DNA from: Centroscyllium fabricii
Taxonomy: Eukaryota
DNA: 64,000 nucleotides
Direction: 5' to 3'
Assembly: GCA_051313645.2 (NCBI GenBank)
Contig: JBNRSN020000026.1
Location: 48,484,001 to 48,548,000 of the forward strand
In this document: piece after piece, positions 46,060 through 55,611 of the stretch
How positions within the stretch are numbered: position 1 is the first letter of the stretch
How the letters are laid out: the number at the start of each line of letters is the position of its first letter
Position numbers and translations under genes: made by a program
Notes under the pieces: model-generated
What the model was told of the DNA's origin: nothing
What the model saw: the letters and a program-made list of their open reading frames with translations, nothing else
The model's database searches: none

Positions 46060-48515
46060 TGACGTATTGTCAATAATACACAAAGACGAATAGTTACCTC
46101 AACTAAAGGCTTTTATTAACTATAAACTGAGCTGGTACAGAGCTGGTCTTTGGCTGGGCTCAGGACAGGAAATGACTGGGGAATGGTGAGCGGCCACCTC
46201 TCTACTCCGACCTGAGGGGAGGAGTTAGAGGCGGGGTCAGTTCCTGCAGCCAGGTATCTACAGGTATATACAATTACAAGCATTACCACAGTAGGGTCCC
46301 TTACGGTACAACAATATATACATAGTGGTAAATGCAGGATTAGCACATTCACCCCTTCTTTAAAAATGAGTCCAGCGGGGTGAATGTGTGTCAACATTCA
46401 GCAATAAGTCTCTCAGGTGGCCTCGTCTGCCGAAGGGACCGGCGGGGTGCCGGTAATGGTGATTCCGCCCGCGGGATCAGGGGTGTGATGTCAGTCATCG
46501 GTGCCGGCGGCGGTCTGTTGGTCCCCTCGTCATCGGCTGGTGGAGTCGAGTGCCCTGGTGCGTGTGTGTACGTGGGCCAGCGGCCGGTTGGTGGTGGCTG
46601 GTAGAGCTGGGGCTCGGCCGGGGATTCAGTGTTCGTGATCCCGGCGGGCGCCAGGTCCCTGAACGAGACTGTGTCTTCGCGCCCGTCTGGGTATGTCACG
46701 TATGCGTAATGCGGGTTGGCGTGGAGCAGGTGCACCCGTTCCACCAGGGTGTCTGTCTTGTGACTGCGGACGTGCTTCGTAAGCAAGACCGGCCCCGGGG
46801 TGGTCAGCCACAGTGGGTGTTCAGTCCCCGAAGACGATTTCCTAGGAAAGCAAAACAATTTATCATGAGGTGTGGCATTGGTGGAGGTGCACAGCAGAGA
46901 GCGGATGGAATGGAGCGCGTTGGGGAGGACCTCTTGCCAACGGGAGATTGGAAGGCCTCTGGCGTGGTGAAGTGTTTTATCACCGTCGTGCTCATCATGT
47001 CTGGGCAGGGGAATGCGAAGGGGAAACGGGAGAACGCGTCGATGACCATGAGGAAGTACGAGTTGCGGTCGGTAGAGGGGAGGGGACCTTTGAAGTCCAC
47101 ACTCAGGCGCTCGAAGGGGCGGGTGCCCTTGATGAGGTGCGCTCTGTCCAGCCTGTAAAATCGGGGTTTGCACTCGGCACAGAGAGGGCACTCACTGGTC
47201 ATAGCCTTGATCTCCGAAATGGAGTAGGGGAGGCTGCGGCACTTGACAAAGTGGGCAAGTCTAGTGACACCCGGGTGGCAGAGGCTATCGTGGAGGGCCT
47301 GCAGCCGGTCGAGCTGGGCGCTGGCGCACGTTCCCCTGGACAGGGCGTCCGGGGGCTCGTTGAGCTTACCGGGCCGGTAAAGAATGTCGAACTTGTAAGT
47401 TGAGATTTCGATCCGCCACCGAAGGATCTTGTCATTCTTGATTTTACCCCGTTTGTTAAACATAAACGCTACCGACCGTTGGTCGGTGAGCAGGGTAAAT
47501 CTTTTACCGGCCAGGTAGTGGCGCCAGTAGCACACTGCCTCCACAATAGCCTGGGCCTCCTTTTCCACTGATGAATGGCGAATTTCGGGTCCCTTTAGGG
47601 TCCGGGAGAAGAACGCAACGGGCCTGCCCGCCAGGTTGAGGGAGGCAGCGAGGGCAAAGTCCGATGCGTCGCTCTCCACCTGGAAGGGGATGGACTCATC
47701 AACGGCGTGCATGGTAGCCTTGATGATGTCTCCCTTAATCAGGGTGAAGGCCGTTTGGGCTTCTGCCGAGAGTGGGAAGACGTCAGCCTTGAGAAGAGGC
47801 CTGGCCTTATCCGGGTACTGGGGCACCCATTGTGCGTAATAGGAGAAAAACCCCAGGCATCTCTTCAAGGCTTTGAGGTTGTAAGGTAAGGGCAGCTCCT
47901 GCAGGGGGCGCATACGTTGGGGATCGGGGCCGATGACCCCGTTTTCCACCACGTAGCCGAGGATGGCAAGCCGGTCCGTACTAAATGTACATTTGTCCTT
48001 ATTGTACGTCAGGTTCAGCCGTTGGGCCGTGCGAAGGAATTTGGCGAGATTGGCATTGTGATCCTGCTGGTCATGGCCGCAGATGGTCACGTTGTCCAGG
48101 TAGGGGAAGGTGGCCTGCAACTCGTTCTGGTCAACTTTGGAAGACGGACACTCCGTTAGTAACGCCGAAGGGGACCCGGAGGAAGTGATAGAGCTGACCA
48201 TTCGCCTCGAAGGCGGTGTACCAGCGGTCTGACGCCCGGATGGGGAGCTGGTGACTCGCCGACTTAAGGTCAATAGTGGAGAAGACCTTATACTGGGCGA
48301 TCTGGTTGACCATATCCAAGATTCGGGGGAGTGGGTACACGTCGAGACCAGTGTAGCGGTTAATAGTCTGGCTATAGTCTATGACCATGCGCAGTTTCTC
48401 GCCTGTCTTAACCACCACGACCTGGGCCCTCCAGGGGCTGGTGCTGGCCTCGATGATCCCTTCCCATAACAGGCGTCGACCTCCGTCCTGATAAACGCCC
48501 GGTCTCCTGCCACCC
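46060..48515 (-). mobile_element. 5'-truncated Gypsy element, sister of 25292-30036 (RT-RH-IN plus 3' LTR ~46060-46347)
   Basis: Frameshifted ORFs 48131-48418, 46804-48273 and 46391-47191 are highly similar to 25562-29779; PPT AAGAAGGGGTGAA; LTR ends TACGTCA. Confidence 0.92.
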
Positions 48516-48780
48516 TGAGGGTACAGGCCATTTTACTGCACCCTAAGCCGATCAGCAGTGTGTTTAGTGCCAAGATCAGCGCTGTAATCATTATAATGAG
48601 CAGGCAGCATTAATTTTACGTGCTGCCTGCACCACTTTGAACGGGCGCAGGCAAATAGCGCTAGACCATGACAACGCCAGTTTCTGTGCCATATCCAATT
48701 TCTAGGCCGCTGGCTCTGAAACCTAGCAGCTAGCCATTGCACTTACTCCAGCCACTGTGGAGCACCTAGAAGGAACACAG

Positions 48781-49551
48781 TGGCTTAGAATTTTGAGTGC
48801 ACCCATTTTATGTCACACGGTGGGGTGCAGGGAACAGTCCTGTGCCTGAATGGATACGTCAGAGACGCACCTGATATTGGGCCTTGGCAACATTATCATC
48901 GAGCCAGCAAGTAACGGACACTTAATAGGCGTTCTCGGGCAGTTCGCTTGGAGAGGAAAATCAGGCCACTGCAGGTAAGTCGTTAAAGGGGACCGGGAAG
49001 GGAAGGGGAGGAATCGGGAAGGGTGGGGTGTGGTGGAGGGTGGGGGGATGACCGGGTCGTGATGGCAACGGTGGCCAGGAAGGGTGGGTAGTGGTCAGGC
49101 AGAACAGAAGCTGGGATCGGTCAGGGAGGGCAGAGGCCAGGATTGGGAAGTGGTCTTGAGGTCACGATTGGTGGGTGTGGGGGAGGGGGGTGGGTGGAGT
49201 GCTGGCTGGCAGCAGCCTGCGTGCTTTGAATGTGACATCAGGAGTAACACTACTCCTCTCGGCTCCACATTCAGGTAAGTATATTTTAGACACTTGTTGG
49301 TTGCGGCCAGCGCGGTCCCTTTGAAGACCATCTGTTAAGCCGCATGTAGACCTGGAAACCCAATATTGCAGAGGAGGCTTCAAACGTGCTTTTGGCTCCT
49401 TATTTGAATATATAAAGGGTCTCAACACCTGGATACATATTTTCTTACCTACACCAATATGGCAGGTGGCGTACTTCCGGCCCATAGTGCTTCCTGCCTG
49501 CCATATTGCTGAAGTTAAAAAACGTGCACTGCGTGGTCGAATTTCTAGGAC
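48781..49551. mobile_element. Degenerate Harbinger-type MITE
   Basis: GGCTTAGAATTT … GAATTTCTAGGAC termini; flanks AGT/AAT. Confidence 0.55.
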
Positions 49552-49812
49552 AATATTAGGAAGTACAGCATGTAAAATATATACTACGAACAAGGAGGAA
49601 CACTGGGGTAAAACATACACACTGAACACTTGGAGGAAATGCATTTTCAACTTATTTCAACTGTTTGCAGGCAGTTTTCTTCACATAGTTTTGTATAAGG
49701 CTTTAGCAGATGAACGGATTGATATCTATGCTTGCCGCAGTTAATGCAGGGGCCAATATTGGGTAAAATGTGTTCGGCCACTGCACTGTGCAGACGTAGA
49801 GTATTGTTAATA

Positions 49813-50240
49813 CAGGTTGTGCACCGAAAATCCGTGACCCGAAACGCCGGCAGCTTCAGTCTGCCGGAACAAATTGCCCCGACTGCACTGCGCATGCGCA
49901 AGATGGCGGCTTCGGCGAATGATCTGCGCATGCGCCGCCGGACGGCTAGCGCATGCGCAGATCATTTAAAATGGCCGCCGGGCCTTCCGTGGCGCCGCAT
50001 TTTGAATGTGCGAGTCCTGAGCGCCCGCCAAGGTGAAGCGCACGTTTCCCGGAGCAGCCTGCTGGCCGTCAGCTGAGACTCCACAAAGACAGTCGGCGGC
50101 CATTTCCAATGTTGTGCGCATGCGCGCGGCCATTTTGCATGGTGCGCGCATGCGCACTGACCGACTTCATTCTGCCGGTTTTTTCACTTTCCCGGCACGG
50201 GCCTGGTCCCGCCCGTGCCGGATTTCCGGTGCGCAACCTG
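49813..50240. mobile_element. Tc1/mariner (pogo/Tigger-like) MITE
   Basis: TIR CAGGTTGTGCACCGAAAATCCG / CGGATTTCCGGTGCGCAACCTG, TA TSD; homologous to 9709-10405 but lacking the Penelope insert. Confidence 0.9.
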
Positions 50241-50329
50241 TACAATGTGTGGGTGGAGCACTTTGTTGGTTCTGGCTGCCTGAAAAGGTGACTCCGCAAG
50301 AATCGCTGGACATTCCTTGTTTACTCCTT

Positions 50330-50560
50330 GCTCCTGCCTCCAGGTCCATGCCCTGCTCTTCCATATACTTCAGGGTCATGCCACTTTGGATGACAAGCCT
50401 GTGCAGCATGCAACACACAACAACGATCTTGGAGACCTCGGGGAGGCTGTGCTGCGGATGACCTCAGATATGCCCAGACATCTAAAATACTGATTCAAAA
50501 CGCTAATCATGTGTATAATGATGATCCTGGTCACTCCTGCTCACTGTTGGTTCCTGCATG
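50330..50560 (-). pseudogene. Harbinger transposase C-terminal remnant
   Basis: Minus-strand FRCL…EVSKIVVVCCMLH motif. Confidence 0.5.
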
Positions 50561-50861
50561 GGCCCTCTCTCCCCACCCACCTCACCCCCTGCCATTGGCT
50601 GACCCATTCTCTTAAGGTGTCCTTGCTGGCACAAATCCGAAAGAAGTCACCGGATTCACCCCACCTCCGATCGGCGAGGTGGTTGTCAGCACCCCTTTAG
50701 TGCTGCCAGATCAGTGATTTTATGATAATGAGGTCCGATCACTAAAATCGATCGGACCTCCTATCGGTGATGTGGGGCGGGGGATGTGATCGTTCCGCCC
50801 ACTGCCCGTCTGATGTCTACCTCAATCAATAATCACCCCGACATCTCCACACCAAAAGCAA

Positions 50862-51993
50862 ATAGAAACATAGAAACATAGAAACATAGAAGATAGGAGC
50901 AGGAGTAGGCCATTCGGCCCTTTGAGCCTGCTCCGCCATTCAATGAGATCATGGCTGATCATCCAAACCCAGCACCCCGCCCCTGCCCTCTCCCCATATC
51001 CCTCAATCGCTATCGAGCCTGCACTGACACATATCCCACCCTATCCCCGTAACCCCACATATTTAATCCCCCCAAACACACTAAGGGTCATAGAAACATA
51101 GAAACATAGAAACTAGGAGCAGGAGTAGGCCATTCAGCCCTTCGAGCCTGCTCCGCCATTCAATGAGATCATGGCTGATCATCCAAACCCAGTACCCCAC
51201 CCCTGCCCTCTCCCCATATCCCTCGATCCCTATATCGACACATATCCCACCTTATCCCCGTAACCCCATTATTCAATCCCCTTAACACTAGGAGTTAATT
51301 TATCAAGGCCAATCAACCTAACCCGCACATCTTTGGACTGTGGGAGGAAACCGGAGCACCCGGAGGAAACCTACGCAGACACGGGGAGAATGTGCAAACT
51401 CCACACAGATAGTACCCGAGGCTGGCTTTGAACCTGGGTCTCCAGTGCTGTGAGACAACCGTGCTAACCACTGTGCCACCGTGCCGCCCGTCTCGGGTCA
51501 ATTTATCCTGGTCAATCAACCTAACCCGCACATCTTTGGACTGTGGGAGGAAACCGGAGCACCCGAAGGAAACCCACTGACGTATCGTCAATAGTCTTAA
51601 TAAAACTAAAGACGTGTAGTTACCTTAACTAAAGGCTTTTATTAGATTACAAAGGAGCTATGCTCCGATCGAACATCAGGTACAGAATGAATGGGGACAG
51701 GTCAGTCCCCACCTATAAGGCACTCACCTGAGGGGAGGAGTTAGAGGTGTGGCTGACCTGACCCCGTGACAGTGTCGCAATACAAGGTAGTGTATTATGC
51801 ACCCGGCCGCTATACATGCAATACAATATTGGCACAATATTGAGGTGGTAAAAGAGTACATATATAACGGTTACCACACCCACGCAGACACGGGGAGAAT
51901 GTGCAAACTCCACACAGATAGTCACCCGAGGCTGGATTTGAACCCGGGTCTCTAGTGCTGTGAGGCAACAGTGCTAACCACTATGCCACCGTG
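50862..51993 (-). mobile_element. Two nested HE1-type SINEs (inner ~51090-51489)
   Basis: Reverse complement of 11589-11993; the outer copy resumes at GGGTCA. Confidence 0.88.
51578..51878 (-). mobile_element. Solo LTR of the 25292-type Gypsy lineage, inserted in a SINE
   Basis: Minus strand TGTGGTAACC…GATACGTCA; perfect 5-bp TSD CCCAC. Confidence 0.9.
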
Positions 51994-52412
51994 ACAATCT
52001 AGTTCATATCTGTTTAAAGCAAATGAATTTCACTTATAAAAAGGTTCAGCAGCAATTAGGAATTCAGCTTGCCATTGCTCCTCACTGATGCCAACACTTG
52101 ATGCCCTGGGATAAATCATTCCTAAAGTGTTTGCACTTTATTGAGTGAAGAAAACTTATAAAGCACAGGGTGCCTGCAAAAAGCTGCAGGACAATCTGTT
52201 AAATTACTTTCAGAAATGTCACTCAATGATGCTGGCCATCAGTCTTATATATTGGAATTGAAGCCAAAACATACTTTTAAGAGCAACTGATCAGAAAATA
52301 AATGGAGAAAACCCAGACAGTGAATCAGCTTGTTTTTAATCAGAAATGTACTGAAATAAGAAAATCAAATTTGTAAAATTTCTAAACTTTGATCACAATA
52401 CATTTCTCTAAT

Positions 52413-53178
52413 GGCCCTGTCACACATTGACGTTTTAGCCAGCGTATGCAAATTTGGCTAAACCGCTGAACTATCGATGTTTTTTTCAGTTTTGGGCGTA
52501 TAATAGCGTATTCATAACGAGTTGGATGTACGTATTAGTAACGTACACAGAACGTTTCGATAAGTTACAGATAACTTATACCAACGAATGCTTAGCGTGT
52601 TGTCGGCGTTCACAACTTATGCCCAACGATAGTCTAACGTATGCATAGCGCGCGGCAGCGTATCGCCGACGTTTTAGATAAATTTTGATACGTCGGCATA
52701 CGCTAGCTAAATCGTCAAGGTGTGACAGGGCATGACAGGGGCATAAGTTCTGTGGTCGTCCGGAAGACGTCAAATACGTCAATATGCGTTGGAGATACGT
52801 TACACATAGGTTCAAAGCACGTTACTCATAGGTTAGAAATAAGTTCCGGGTACGCTAGACATTATCTCGACGTATTTTGACTTATGACTAACTTACAAGT
52901 AACGTGTGTCGACGTGTGTCAACGATCGCCTAACGTGCCTACAACGTATGGCCAGCGTATGCGGAACGTGTGAATCATACGCAAGGTACGTCGAGAAATT
53001 TTGTGCATGCTCAAAATTTCTCGACTTACTCGGAGTACAACGACGTATGCAACTTATGGCCAGCGTATGCCAGCGTGCTCTTAACATATGCAAAACGTAC
53101 CCATAACGTATCCGACGTAACCCAGCGTTTTTGCCAAATTTGCATACGCTGGCTAAAACGTCAAGGTGTGACAGGGCC
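52413..53178. mobile_element. CpG-rich non-autonomous DNA transposon with long TIRs (possibly Harbinger-related)
   Basis: ~46-bp TIR GGCCCTGTCACACATTGACGTTTTAGCCAGCGTATGCAAATTTGGC (1 mismatch); a third internal TIR copy at ~52698-52731. Confidence 0.8.
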
Positions 53179-54539
53179 ATCACTCTTCTATCATGAATTA
53201 TTGCTTTTCTGCATTCAATGGTGTTGACAGATCTGCTTGTAAAGTTACCAGAATAAACAGGTTAAAAAACTCATACAACCTTTATAGTTCGGAGAATAAA
53301 TATTTTTGAGCAAAGCCTGAATCATATGTGAATTTTACCCTCTTTAAGCTTTAATAGCACTCTGTAAGGCAGGATTTTTGATCATGGACCAATTCCTCCA
53401 TTCTGCTATCCATTCCACATCATCACTAACGTATCATTGCCAAATGCTGGTTCTGCAAACATCACTCATTTCTTTTTGTCTTCTGCTTCGCCTAATTTAA
53501 CCCGCAGTAATGCTTTAGCGGTCCAGCTCTTAATTGGAACATGGCACTGTTCTGCTTCCCTTTGACCTCAAGATCTTTCATTGTTTTCAGTGCATTATCC
53601 ATTGGGAGAAAATACACCCAGTACAACCGGTACCTGAAATAAGAACTTCTATAGAATGAAGGTATTGCATGTGAAAAGTGAAAAAGCAAAAGCTGTTTCA
53701 AATCATGTCTAACTTTGACATTATTTCCTGCAAGAAACGTAAGGCGCAATTTTTTTGGCAGACGTTGTTGGACAAATAGGAAAAGTTTACTTCACAAAAT
53801 AATTACAACCATCTGCAACATGGCGGATTGGCCAATTTATTCTTTCACAGACAGAAAGAATAAAAACCACCTAATCTCAATGGCTGATTGCAGAAATGTT
53901 TAAGCTTTGACCAGAGTTAACCCTCTGGTCTGGTTACCAACTGGTTCCCCAATAACTGAAAGGGACGGCAAATCTCTACAAACTCAAATCAATGATGCTA
54001 TTTGGAGAAAATTAAACAACCTCTGGTAAGAAACATTCCAAGATACGATAGTATAAATTAAACTAACAGAGTAGAAATGTATAAGCTCTGCCAATATATG
54101 GTGAACAAAATCGAGACAGATTAGCTGTGTGGGAGGTGAGGAGAATGCACTTCGGCAACAAATTGTCTTCCAGTCTATGGAGCCACTTTATATTGTGTTC
54201 CAACGATCATGGTAGAAGTAACATCGAAAAATGCAGCATGTTGACGCAAAGCTTACCTTGCTCCCTGGTCCCCTCATATCCTCTGATCTTAGGGGATCCC
54301 AGGCATGTGGCCCAGAGCAAGCTTCTTCGAGCAGCTCTCAAAATCAACAATCTTTTCTTACACAAGTAGGCCTAATTTCTATAGCTACCTGTTGTAGATG
54401 AAGGCTTGGGTGCACCTGAGGAAGCACTTGGAGGCCCCAGGAAAAAAAAAAAAAAAAAGGAAAAATCAGAGGCGGACTAAAGGCGGCACTACATTGAGGG
54501 CCCAAGGGCCTGTACAGTGCTGTATGTTCTATGTTCTAT

Positions 54540-55608
54540 AACATCAGGTAACATTCGCGCCACAGAAGTGCCAGACAATGACTATCTCCAACAAGCGAGA
54601 GTCTAACCATCTCCCCTTGACATTCATAGAAACATAGAAACATAGAAGATAGGAGCAGGAGTAGGCCATTCGGCCCTTCGAGCCTGCTCCGCCATTCAAT
54701 GAGATCATGGCTGATCATCGAAACCCAGTAACCCGCCCCTGCCCTCTCCCCATATCCCTATCGAGCCTGCACCGACACATATCCCACCCTATCTTCGTAA
54801 CCTCACCCTATCCCCGTAACCCCACATATTCAATCCCCCAAACACTAAGGGTCAATTTATCCTGGCCAATCAACCTAACCCACACATCTTTGCACTCAAC
54901 GGCATTACCATCGCCGAATCCCCCACCATCAACATCCTGGGTGTCACCATTGACCAGAAACTTAACTGGACCAGCTACATAAATACTGTGGCTATGAGAG
55001 CAGGTCAGAGGCTAGGTATTCTACGGCGAGTGTCTCACCTCCTGACTCCCCAAAGCCTTTCCACTATCTACTAGGCACAAGTAAGGAGCGTGATGAAATA
55101 CTCTCCACTTGCCTGGATGAGTGCAGCTCCAACAACACTCAAGAGGCTCGACGCCATCCAGGACAAACCAGCCCGCTTGATTGGCACCCCATCCACCACC
55201 TTAAACATTCACTCCCTCAACCACTGGTGTACAGTGGCTGCAGTGTGCACCATCTACAAGATGCAGTGCAGCAACTCGCCAAGGCTTCTTTGGCAGCACC
55301 TCCCAAACCCGCAACCTCTTCCACCTAGAAGGACAAGGGCAGCAGATGCAAGGGAACACCACCACTTCCAAGTTCCCCTCCAAGTCACACAACATCTTGA
55401 CTTAGAATTATATCACCGATCCTTCATTGTCGCCTGGTCAAAAACCTGGAACTCCCTAACTAACAGCACTGTGGGAGTATCTTCACCTCACGGACTGCAG
55501 TGGTTCAAGAAGGCGGCTCACCACCACCTTCTCAAGGACGATTAGGGATGGGTATTAAATGCTGGCCTTGCCAGCGATGTCCACATTCCATAAACGAATT
55601 AAAAAAAG
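54540..55608 (+). mobile_element. LINE family B 3' fragment with an inserted truncated HE1 SINE (-, ~54626-54891)
   Basis: ORF 55090-55545 is similar to 1555-2052; same tail. Confidence 0.85.
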
Positions 55609-55611
55609 TTG

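Larger units (their letters stand above)
38433..48708 (+). mobile_element. Degenerate full-length PIF/Harbinger transposon with convergent transposase and Myb/SANT genes, expanded by nested insertions
   Basis: Perfect 12-bp TIR GGCCTAGAAATT and TSD GCT (38430-38432 / 48709-48711). Transposase on +, Myb-like gene pieces on - (41500-42053, 42941-43440, 45490-45990). Confidence 0.75.
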
